From Malacoraja senta (lineage: Eukaryota): 64,000 nt of DNA. The DNA lies in contig CM075981.1 of assembly GCA_038087875.1 (NCBI GenBank), positions 65,968,001 through 66,032,000 on the forward strand. The letters are read 5' to 3'. How positions within the stretch are numbered: the first letter of the stretch is position 1; every line of letters starts with the position of its first letter. Below the pieces are notes generated by a model. The model saw only the letters and a program-made list of their open reading frames with translations. It did not search any database and was not told the origin of the DNA. Below, one piece after another: positions 51,890-62,700 of this stretch. The position numbers were made by a program, and so were the translations under genes.

Positions 51890-52286
51890 GGGTTGAAAAT
51901 GACCTGGAGCGGGGCCTTACATCGCCCGGCGCGGCTTTAAATGGCCGCGGGACTTGCTAGCGCCCGCCGGGGGCTCCAACATCAAGACCCGGAGCGTGGC
52001 CTTGCATCGCCCGGCGCGGCTTTAATGGCCGCGGGACTTATTTACCATCGCCCACCGGGGGCTTTGACTCTGACATCGGGAGGAGAATGGGGAGTGCAGG
52101 GGAGAGATAAGAGTTTGCCTTCCATCACAGCGAGGAGGAGATTCGCTGTGATGGATGTTTGTGTAAATTGTGTTGTGTCTTGGTTCTTCTACTTGTTTGT
52201 ATGACTGCAGAAACCAAATTTTGTTTGAACCTCAATGAGGTTCAAATGACAACAAATAAATTGTATCATTGTATTGTATCATTGTA
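51890..52286 (+). mobile_element. GC-rich non-autonomous retroelement (SINE-like) with Rex1-type 3' tail
   Basis: Two ~85-bp tandem units (51901, 51986), hairpins CCATCACAGCGA..TCGCTGTGATGG and TTTGAACCTC-AAT-GAGGTTCAAA, then ATGACAA..AATAAA and (ATTGT)-type repeats. Confidence 0.6.
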
Positions 52287-53614
52287 ATGAGGTGGCAGCA
52301 AGTGCAGGATCAGCATTTCCCATGGTGGCTGAATTGCTTTGCAACGGGGCTATTTCTGTACATTTCTTGGCTGGTTAATTTTTTTAGGAGGGAGACAGGT
52401 ATTGGCTATAGAATTGAGAAAAGGACATAATTTTGTAGTAGGCAGAACAGAGAGAGAGAAGCAATTTTCGAAGTACTTTTGCAATGTAGAGAATGTGCGG
52501 GCAATTTATTTAGAAATTGGGACAGCGTTGCTTCTCACATCAAGTATTTACTAGTTGAGGCCTGTCCTTGTTACTGAAAAACCTTCCAAGTGGTGAATTA
52601 CTTATTGTGGACCTTAATGTATTTTAATATAAAGGTCCTCTGTTTACCAATTCTTTATGCGCATAACAACTTTACTATTACTACAGACACATAGTTTTTT
52701 GTATCCACGTTGGTATGTGTGCATTTACATTCTAAGAGACCAATAGTAGCAATAGCTATGAATGAACTGACCAGTGATCTTGTGATGTGGGTGGACAATT
52801 AATAAGATGTATGTATGACAAACATGTAATTGGTAAGCAGTAGAGGGGCCACCTGATGGAAGTACATTTTCCCCAAGCCGTGTCCATACCCTCTTTTAAC
52901 CCCTATAAACTATTTTCACTTATTGATGTTGGTTCATGATCTAGCCAACTCATTATCTTTAAACTTCTCTTCTTCATACTGAACACTGCCCATCGCCCCA
53001 GACCTTTCTCTTTAATCACCTTCTGACCTACAATCCTCAGAACTCCAATTTTAGCATCTTCATCCTCTCTGATTCTAATCACTCCATCCATTTGCTGATT
53101 TTTTTCAGCTACCTAAGATTTAGCCACTGGAATATTTTCTTTAAACCCCTCTCCCTTTCCAATTCTCTCTGCCCTTTTATACTGCTTAAAATCTACCGAT
53201 TTAAATACATTTTTGGTCAGATGCTTTAATTTCTGCCTGTGTGATTCAGTCAGATTATTGCCCTGGAATGGACATATTTCCATTCTATATATCTATGTAA
53301 AGCACATGAATATAATTTTGCATGTGTTTTTACACAAATGCATCAATTTCTGGCTATGGTTTATTCCATCAAGAAATTAGATAAGACTACCTGTCTCATT
53401 CACCTTACTGCGAATGACATTTCCTTAGTGTCATTTAGTTTTTAATGATACAGTCGGTGTCTGTAATGTCTGGGGCAAAATGTGCAAGTTACACACGCTG
53501 TCAAACAAGGAAGATACCACACATTATGTTGCCAACGATGTAAATGTACTATAATAGCTGTGGCATGGATGTACTGCTCGCTCATTGTGGCTACCTGACT
53601 GATCCCTGAGAAAT

Positions 53615-54090
53615 AAAAAGGAATTGCAAATGCTGGCTTATACCAATGGATGTGATAAGACACATGGGAGAAGTGGAAGATAGACACAAAACGCTGGAGT
53701 AACTCAGCGGGTCAGGCAGCACCCCAGGAGAAAATGGATAGGTGACGTTTTGGGTCAGGACCCTTCTTCAGACTGATTGTAGTAGGGAGAGCAGGGGGAA
53801 AAAAACTGGAACCAAATAGAGGCAGAACAAATCAGAACAAAACAGATGACCTCAGGTGAGGAGGTTCACTGATAGACGAAGTGTTGGATAGAGACAGGTG
53901 TGAGCCCAAACGGGATACATAGTTGTGAACTGTGAAGCTTGTTAATGGACTATTAGTGCTGGGGGGGGGGGGGGGGGCTGGTGTAAGGTCAGCCAATGTT
54001 ATGGGGAAGGGAGTGGGGAGGGGTGTTGACGGGGAGAAAGGAGAGGCAGGTGGGAGGAGTTTGTAGAAGTTATCTAAAATTGGGGAATTC
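53615..54090 (-). mobile_element. PLE pLTR fragment with mutated hammerhead motif
   Basis: Reverse complement of 53744-53771 is CTGAAGAAGGGTCCTGACCCAAAACGTC (GAAA box changed to AAAA). Confidence 0.75.
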
Positions 54091-55307
54091 AAGGCTTCTG
54101 TACCTTCTGGCTGATAGTAATAGTGAGAAAAGGGCATGAAGGTGCTGGGGATCCTTGATTATAGATGCTCCTTTCCTGAGGCAGTGCCTCATATAGATCA
54201 TTGCAAATAAGTGCAGATCCCAGAAAACTAAAATAAAAAACAAAATCACTAGAAATACTCAGCTGATCAAGCCATATATGTGGGAGGATAAACAAAGTTA
54301 ATATTTTGGGCTAAACAAAAGGTTTTTTGACCTGAAATGTTAACTCAATTTCTTTTCCCACAGATGTGGCCTGACCTGCAGAGTATTTACTATAATTTCT
54401 GCCTTTATTTTGTTAAACATATTCGGTAGATCTTCCATGACTATCTTCAGGTCGTAAATCTGCCGTATTTCACAGACTCGTTTTGGAAAAGTTATGTAAG
54501 AAGTCGCTGCTGGCTGTTTATATGTTCTTATGATTTTATCCTGTGCAGATACATGAAAGCTAGCTAATAAGGAAAAATCTTTTCAAAGCTGTCAAGTAGT
54601 TAATCAATGTAGTTGAGGATTATTTTATTTTCAAATTGTTAGTTTGCACCCCAGCCGAGAGTGCGCAGGAGTCAATTATCTAACTTGTGGTAGAGTGGGA
54701 AGAATGAATAATTTTCTTCTGTGCCCTGGCTTCACGTTCTCAGACCCACCCTTACCGTCAAGTGTGGCATCACTGATTTACAAGTTTTATTGGGTTCAGA
54801 GTGGGGCAGTGTCTGTGCTGAATATCTAAGCTCTAATTCTCCCAAGTGCCAACTTTGCCATGTGTTCCATTTCATTCTGATTAATTTGAGCTCTTGTGCT
54901 TTCATTATTCAATCTAATTCTTATTGTATCATTTACCAGATATTGAAATAATGAAAATTATCTATAATGAGAGCAGTAAAGCAAACAGTCGTCCATTATT
55001 TGTTAATACCAGAAATGGTTAAAGGCATGCAGTCAATCTTACATACTGTAGCTGTTTACAGCTAACTGGAGGTACATTTATTTATATTGGTGCTGGGTAA
55101 CTTTAGGAGCTGAAAAGAAACTGAAACCTTCTCAGGTTTGCATCCAAATGTGGATGTTTGAAAGGGCACATACAGGGAACGTAGAGAAAGCCATTGTGTT
55201 TGATTATTCCTGGTGGTAGTTGTGAACAAGATCAAAGTTGTGTTGATATTCCTTTTGGTGATATGTATCATGGGATTGTCAGACATGAACACTGAAGACT
55301 AGTGTTA

Positions 55308-55851
55308 AGGGGCTGTCCCACTTGGGCGACCTAATTGGCGAGTTTAGAAGAGTTTGAAAAAAATGGCATGTTGAAGACCTCCTTCGACTATGTAGAAGAC
55401 CTCCTTCGACCTCCTTCGAGTATGTTGAAGACCAGCTTCGACTAGCTACGACTAACTTCGGGAAAATTGGACACCGGTTAGTGGAAAGTGAAGACGACCT
55501 CCTTCGACCTCCCTTCGACTATGATGAAGACTATCTACGACTACCTTCGACTACCCTCGATTACGTACGACTAACATGCCGACCTACTGCAACCTACTAC
55601 GACTAAACCTACGAGTAAAAAAAGTGTCGATTTTTTTCCATGGCGGCATTATTTTACTCGCGGGCATTTTTTAACATATTGAAAAAAACACCACGATCTA
55701 GCTGAGGCCTCGAGTACGTGGAGACCACTCTTGAGCATGAAGGAGAGTTATGAAGACCTCCTACGACCTCGTGTCGACCATGCTGCGAGTATGAGTCGAG
55801 GGCAAACTCGCCAGAACTTGTGGATTAGGTCGTCCAAGTGGGACAGGCCCT
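55308..55851. mobile_element. PIF/Harbinger-like MITE (544 bp), paralog of 43846-44386
   Basis: Same TIRs and interior; TSD TTA at 55305-55307 and 55852-55854. Confidence 0.9.
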
Positions 55852-56039
55852 TTATGCCCCTGTTTTCCAGTAGGATGGACAGTGCTCAGACAAACAATGT
55901 TTCCAGTTCCTGAAACTTGTTCCTGACAACATGTACTGGTGAATTGAATGTCTTTCGCCTCCCCTCTTAAAATAACAGCCACTCACAGAACATTGATTAA
56001 TCCACATCTATAAGACCAGTGAAGGAAATTGCAGGTGAA

Positions 56040-57045
56040 ACAAGTGAGATGCTGGAAGACTTGGAGGGTGGAAAATGTTGTGCCTCTATTTAAGAAGGGT
56101 TGCAGGGAAAACGCTGGAAACTACAGGCCAGTAATGGGCCTGTCCCACTTAGGCGACTTTTTAGGCGACTGCAGGAGACTATGCAGTCGCCACATGGTCG
56201 CCACATGTTCGCGGGTGGTTGCCGGGGAGTCGCCTTCGTGGTCGTAAGGAGTTCCCGCATTCTGGGAACTAGTCACGGCCTCATTATGGTCGCCGTGAAT
56301 TTTTCAACATGTTGAAAAATTAGCGGCGACCAGAATGAAGCCGCCATGGAGACTAGTGAGAATTCACGTGCCGTAGGTGGGTCGCCAGGAGGTCCTAGTG
56401 TGTTTCCAAGAGGTCGAAGGTTCTCATAGGTTCTCGTAGGTTGTAGCTGGTTCTGACCGGTGAATTTCATTGGCTCATTGGGAAAAAAAATGTAAGCAGT
56501 AGTTTGGTAGAACCAAGGATAACCGACCGGTAGTGTTAAATGTCCGCCGAGCTTCACAGCCGTGTATCTCTGGCTTATTAAAAGTTGTCTCCACTCCTTC
56601 TCCACCCCCTCCCCCCTCTTTTAAAGGACTTACCATACACTGTGCTTTGGCCATCTTAATTACAGCGCCAACCTTCCTGTTCATCGTGGTGTGTCTGTAT
56701 CACATTCGCTTTGCACCGTGTGAATTTCACTCAGACAGCGCTCCTCCTGCCAGCCCTGTCCCCCGCCTGCATAACGGGCTGGTGAAGGAAGCGATGTGTG
56801 TGTGTGTGTGTTCCACTCTGACAGTCGCCGCTCCAGTCACCTATGTGGGACAGGCCCATAAGCCTAACATCTGTGGTCGGAATGTTACTAGAGAGTATTC
56901 TGAGGGATAAGATATATGTGCATTTAGATGTAGAAGGCCTGATTAAAAATAATCAGTATCATACGTGGGAGGACGTGTCTCACACAATTTGATAGAGTCT
57001 TTTGAAGATGTGACCAGAAAGGTTGATGAGGGCAGAGTTGGAGAC
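56040..57045 (+). mobile_element. Old CR1 RT fragment split by a MITE
   Basis: [19 protein letters not shown]|SLTS resumes after 56861. Confidence 0.7.
56135..56858. mobile_element. PIF/Harbinger-like MITE (724 bp)
   Basis: TIRs TGGGCCTGTCCCAC / GTGGGACAGGCCCA; TSD TAA at 56132-56134 and 56859-56861; removing it restores the CR1 codons NYRPVSLTS. Confidence 0.92.
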
Positions 57046-57262
57046 ACTGTGGAATTCTCTGCCTCAGAGGGTGGTGGAGGCCGGTTCTCTGGATACTTTC
57101 AAGAGAGAGCTAGATAGGGCTCTTAAAGATAGCGGAGTCAGGGGATATGGGGAGGAGGCAGGAACGGGGTACTGATCAGCCATGATCACATTGAATGGAG
57201 GTGCTGGCTCGAAGGGCCGAATGGCCTACTCCTGCACCTATTGTCTATTGTCTATTGTCTAT
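57046..57262 (+). mobile_element. Short CR1 3' end, (CTATTGT)n family
   Basis: CTGTGGAATTCTCTGCC..TCCTGCACCTATTGTCTATTGTCTATTGTC; matches 37066-37285. Confidence 0.85.
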
Positions 57263-58579
57263 TAAAATTAACTGAGCTTCCTCGACCTTAACTTTGCTCA
57301 TATCTTCATCAGTTCGGTGGCTCCCTGTTTTTCTGCCTGTATCAGAGTGTTTTGTTTTAAAGAATGGACGAAATTATAGAAATTTATAATATAAATGGAA
57401 CCGAGAAAGTAAAATACCATATGCTAGCACACCTGGAATGCATTTCTGCTACCCATCTGAACCTCTTGCCCTAAACCCTTTCCCCAAAAAAGATATAAAA
57501 TGAGTGTTTAATAATGTCAGAAAGGCTTTGAAGTCTTTGATCTTTTATCTGAACATTTTATTGGTTTTGTTGAATCATAGATGTAATGATAACATAAATA
57601 TGTGTACTGATTTTACTTCAGAGAACCATGCAGGTCAGCTTTCAACCTGAAATGTAAGCAGACTATTTATTTAGAAATATAAATGGTAATGGATTTTCTG
57701 GAGATCACTATAATTTGACAACACAGCATGTTACGTGTTCCAAAATGACATTTCTTAAGCTCAGGATGGTACCTGATTTTGCAAAAAATGAACTGGTAAA
57801 AATAAGTACGTAACCAGTCCTTCTCTTATGGTGATACACATATAGACTTGAGTATAGACAACATAGAGAAGTGATCTGCTTGCAGAGGGAATTTAGATCC
57901 AGGTAAAACCGAAAAATTGAATTAGGAATTTAAAAGAGGCATCTTCACTCTGACCCATAAAGATTAGAATGTGGAATTTGCCGCCACATAGAGTAGATAA
58001 GGAGACAATGAAATGAAAACTGAGAGGGAGAAAGGAAGGAAGATATGCAGCGATTGTGAGATGAAATAGTCGATTTGCGGGCATTTCTGGAATATAACAA
58101 TCAACATAAACTTATTGTCTCACTGCATTATAAACTCTAAGCAACACAAAGCCTATTATTCAGATGTGGAGGGATTAGATCCCAATGAAATAATACAATT
58201 CTGGCAGGTAGATTAAATGATGTTGCATTTTAGCATTATGCCTTCTGAACTTATTTTTATATTTCTATTATACATTTCTTTAAATGCTAAGAGAATGGAT
58301 ACATGGGTAAACTTGATGCATATTAATTATGTCCCTCTAAACAAAAAATTAAAAATCAACAAGATGCCTGACGTAAGTCTTGGCATCCCATCACTTGCTT
58401 CCACCCCTCACCCAGTACTGATAGATTTATGACCTTCATTCTTGATGGCCCAAAATACCACGATGATGTTGCTAACATGGCTGATTTGCACAAGGTGGGT
58501 GGGAGGGCCTTCTTCCATGCTGTATAGCTCTGTGACTCTATGTTCCCAGATTCCTTATTATTACAAAAGGTCAAAAATA

Positions 58580-59220
58580 AACAATAGGTGCTGGATTAGG
58601 CCATTCGGCCCTTCGAGCTAGCACCACCATTCAATGTGATGTTGGCTGATCATCCACAATCGGTATCCCATTCCTGCCTTCTCCCCATATCCGCTAACTC
58701 CATTATCTTAAAGAGGCCTATCTAGCTCTCTCTTGAAAGTATCCAGAGAACCGGCCTCAACCACCCTCTGAGGCAGAGAATTCCACAGACTCACAACTCT
58801 CTGTGTGAAAAAGTGTTTCCTCATCTCTGTTCTAAAGGGCTTACCGTTTATTCTTAAACTGTGGCCCCTGGTTCTGGACCCCCCCCCCCCCCAACATCGG
58901 GAACATGCCTCTAGCGTGTCCTTCCTGTTTTTGCTACCAAAGTGGATAACCTCACATTTATCCACATTAAACTGCATCTGCCATGCATCTGCCCACTCAC
59001 CCAACCTGTCCAAGTCACCCTGCATTCTCATAGCAGCCTCCTCACGGTTCACACTGCCACCCAGCTTTGTGTCATCTGCAAATTTTCTAATGTTACTTTG
59101 AATCCCTTCATCTAAATCATTGATGTATATTATAAATAGCTGGGCCCAGCACCGAGCCTTGCAGTACCCCACTAGTCACTGCCTCCCATTCTGAAAGGGA
59201 CCCGTTAATCCCTACTCTTT
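58580..59220 (-). mobile_element. CR1 RT/3' fragment with internal deletion
   Basis: ORF 58708-59172 KFADDTK..KNRK|DTLEA joins two segments about 410 bp apart in the 15561-18934 copy. Confidence 0.85.
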
Positions 59221-60269
59221 TATGCATATAGAAGCAGATACCCAGACCCTGAGCTAACTGGAGCAGGCTTCATGTTTCCTTCTCCACTGGCAACAGTGTA
59301 ACAGGTAACATGTATGTGAAATGTGATTGTGTTTTGCAGCATTTGTTCAGATCGATGGAACTAATAGAAAGGTTAACTAATGTCTATGTATATATATTTT
59401 TTAAATGGCACACCATCCAATGCATCCTGTATTTTCATTTGCAAAGATTTTTTTAATGTCTCATTTCTTCATCATTTCAATTGTTATATCAGTGTCTACC
59501 TGTTTTATTTGATAAACCATTCTCATTTCAACGAAGTCTGCTATATATGACTGACTTTGAATTCAGCCTTGCATTTTTTGTTAACGTTATAGAGGTGTCA
59601 TAGTTAATATCCTTAAAGTTGTAGGCTTCAAAGTCTAAGTTTATTCAAAAGACTGAGCTTTGATGGATTTGTTTTTAGAATTACAGAGAAGGTTCTTTTG
59701 ACGATTTGTTTGAAATTAAAACCAAAATACTGTTTATAAAATAGATTCTATGAGACATGATTATGAAAAAAATATTGAGCAATTTGGACATAAAGAATTT
59801 TATATATACATGATTTGAAACTCAGAATTCTAACTAATTTTAATTGAAATCTATATTTATTAACAGACTCAGCAAATTCACTGAAGAGCAATGATGCATC
59901 CACAGCCCAAGCTTTTCCATTAGTTAATTTTAAAAGACAGTAAATTTATCCTTGAATGCTTTAGCATTGTCCTGCAAGGGTAGAAACGTAGTGAAAGAAA
60001 GGCGAGCAGGAGATTACAATTAACCAAGGCATGTGGGCTGGTAGATGGAACTATAATTGTAGATTTGTTTCTTAAGGAGCAAATGATAGTTTAGATTCTG
60101 TTGAGTTCTCCCAGGGCTTTACAGATGCTGCGACCCTCTGCATTGCTGATAATTATCACTGTTAAAATCATGCTGTAATGCTCCCAGCATAATGGATAAT
60201 ATCATCGAAGATCTTGTAATCTGTGTAACTAAGGTCATGTCAATGAATCAAATTGGCCCATTTAGTTGG

Positions 60270-60580
60270 TTCAGTGAATTATTCTCTTGCCTTGGAGGAG
60301 ATCTGGTAGGCAGACCAATTCCAGAGGCTAGAATATATAATCAAGACTGACTGCCATTCCCCATGCATAATGGTGAGAGTTCAATTTACCCATGCACAAC
60401 CGAGAGAATACAGGAGATGCCATTTTACAGATGGGTTGTTAAACAAGATCCCACCATCCCTCTCAGATGGATATAAAAGATAGTTGTGCACAAGTGAGTG
60501 GAAAGATATGCTTTTCTTCCAGACTTTTGACCAATATTAATACCTGAACAATGCAATGGACAATTGTTTCTGTTTCTGTT
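60270..60580 (+). mobile_element. Deu-domain SINE, degraded
   Basis: GGAGATGCCATTTTACAGATGGGTTGTTAAACAAGATCCCACCATCCCTCTCAGATGGATATAAAAGA resembles the Deu core. Confidence 0.45.
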
Positions 60581-60712
60581 ATTCACTGATTACTTTGATA
60601 TACAATTAACTCTTGTTTTATCAGACTCCTTTTTAACGGATTTTGGTAATAGCGGACGGACTCCGACACACCGTTTCCCCGACCACTTAGAGCGTGGGCT
60701 TCAGAGGGCCCC

Positions 60713-61092
60713 TGACAAGATGCTCTTGGTCACCGTTGTTCTCCCTCTCCTCTCACCAGCAAACCCTTCTTCACCCACCACAATTCTTCATGGTCCAGCC
60801 AAGCGGCTGTTGTTGCAGCTTATGCTGTAGCTCCTGGGGACAGCATTTTCTTCAGGACGCTGCCACTGAGAGGACATTCTCGGTCCTCTCGGTCACCATA
60901 GGGCTCTCTCTCCTCTCACCACCTGCCTTTGGCTTGTCTGCTCAATCGCCGCCGCCGGCTTCTCCCCCAATCTTTCCACTCGCCTCTTCCCCTCCCCCCA
61001 CCTTTCCACCGGAGTCGCTGACATACTACGCCTTGGAAGTGGCGGCTGGTGAGAGGAGAGGGAGCACCCCGGTGACCAAGAGCATCTTGTCA
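60713..61092. repeat. 48-bp inverted repeat pair in a GC-rich patch
   Basis: TGACAAGATGCTCTTGGTCACCG..CTCCCTCTCCTCTCACCAGC (60713-60760) vs its reverse complement at 61045-61092; third degenerate copy at ~60886-60921. Confidence 0.8.
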
Positions 61093-61209
61093 AGGCAGCG
61101 GCCTAAAGAAAAAGCTGTCCCCAAGGACAACAATGCGGGCTGCAACAATAGCCGTGTGAACCGATCAATAAGGGCTCGCTGGTGCAGCGGTGCTTCGTTT
61201 TAAGGTGAA

Positions 61210-61336
61210 ACGACACAAAGTGCCGGAGTAACTCAGCATACTGAATCAGTCTGAAGAAGGGTTAAGATGTCACCGATGTATGTTCTCCAGCGATGCTGCC
61301 TCACTCATTGAGTTACTCCTGCACTATGTGTCCTTT
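61210..61336. mobile_element. Degenerate fold-back PLE pLTR
   Basis: GACACAAAGTGCCGGAGTAACTCA ... TGAGTTACTCCTGCACTATGTGTC, with CTGAAGAAGGG at 61251. Confidence 0.65.
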
Positions 61337-61339
61337 CTT

Positions 61340-62040
61340 AGGGTATAATTCCAGATATCCCTTAAAGTGGCAGCATGGTTATATTGGGAGGTGAAGAAGG
61401 CAATATAAGATGCTTGCTTTCCTCAGTCTTGGCAGAGAATACAAGGGTTACGACATCATGTTACAACTTTATGAAACATTGGTTTGGCCCCACCTGGAAT
61501 CTTGTTTATAATTCTTGTCACACTTTAGGAAGGATGCGATTATGCTGGAAAGAGTGGATTTTAGTTTAGTTTAGAGATACAGCATGAAAATAAGCCCTTC
61601 TGCCCACCAAGTCCACGCTGACCAGTGATCACCCATACACCATTTCTATCCTACACAGAGGAGATTCACCAGGATGTTGCCTGGTTTAGAACATTTCAGT
61701 TATGAGGAATTGTATAGGTCACATTTTTTTTCCCGATACCGAGGAGGCTGAAGGGGGAACCTTGATAAAGGTATACAAAATTAGGAGAGAATACATAAGA
61801 AGAATCTTTTCCTCACGGTGTGGTTGTGTAAAAGAAAAAGGTAGAGGTTTAAAGTGAGAGATACGAGGTTTAATGGGGGTCAGGTATTTTTCATTCTGAG
61901 TGTGGTTGGAATCTGGAACACGCTGCTTGAAGAGGGGGTGGAAGCAGGTACTCTTGAAACATTTGAGAAGCAGCTAGACAAGCACTTGAATCACCAAGGC
62001 ATAGAGGGCTACAGACTCAATGTGGGTAAATGGGACATAC
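61340..62040 (+). mobile_element. Old CR1 3' region with a nested SINE tail (61560-61655, minus)
   Basis: GATTCACCAGGATGTTGCCTGG and VVGIWNTL motifs; TTAGTTTAGTTTAGAGATACAGCATG tail. Confidence 0.6.
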
Positions 62041-62409
62041 AGATAATTATTACTTTATAATAATACATTATTTTATTTCACAAAACGGCATTTGCTAGAG
62101 ATGAAAGAAGGACATCTGTGAAGAAAAATAGGAAAGAACATTAACAAAAGAGGAAAACACACACAATTACAGAATGGAAAATAATACTAGAATATAATCA
62201 TTCAGATTGTGTGAGATTGTTGGCATACTGTTCAGGCAAACAAATCTCAATGTTTGTCCACTAAATTGAAAAGTCTTCTGTTGTAAGCGTGCTAAGATTT
62301 CACCCCAACAATCAGTACTTTTTACATTTGTCACACTAATACATCTTGACACTCTTGCTCTTTAGTTCAATAAGTGTACAGTGCATTCCCTAAAGAGAGT
62401 GATCAGTTA

Positions 62410-62700
62410 GGCGGCACAGTGGTACAGGAGTTGTTTCCTTACAGTGCCAAGGCCTGGGTTTAACTGGCTACAAGCAGATGTTTGTATGTTCTCCCGATGA
62501 CTGCATATGTGTGTTCCAGTTTCTACACACATTCCGAAGACGTACAGGTTTGTAGGTTAATTGGCTTCTGTAAATTGTCCCTAGTGTGTTGGATAAAAAT
62601 ACTGTACGGGTGAAAGAAGGGAATATAATCTGGGATTAGTCTGGATGGATGCTTGATGGTCGGCAGGGACTCAATTGCCCCGTGAACTGATCCTGTAAAA
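62410..62700 (+). mobile_element. V-SINE (HE1-like), degraded
   Basis: GGCGGCACAGTGG head, TTTGTATGTTCTCCC, GACGTACAGGTTTGTAGGTTAATTGGCTTCTGTAAATTGTCCCTAGTGTG. Confidence 0.65.

Noticed and set aside
43846-55851. Two ~540-bp direct repeats as LTRs of an LTR element or a composite transposon
   Set aside because: Each copy has its own TIRs and target flanks; no TG..CA ends, PBS/PPT or gag-pol between them.
60694-61203. 169-aa Pro/Ser-rich ORF as a host exon
   Set aside because: Lies across an inverted-repeat structure, has no recognisable domain and no convincing splice sites.
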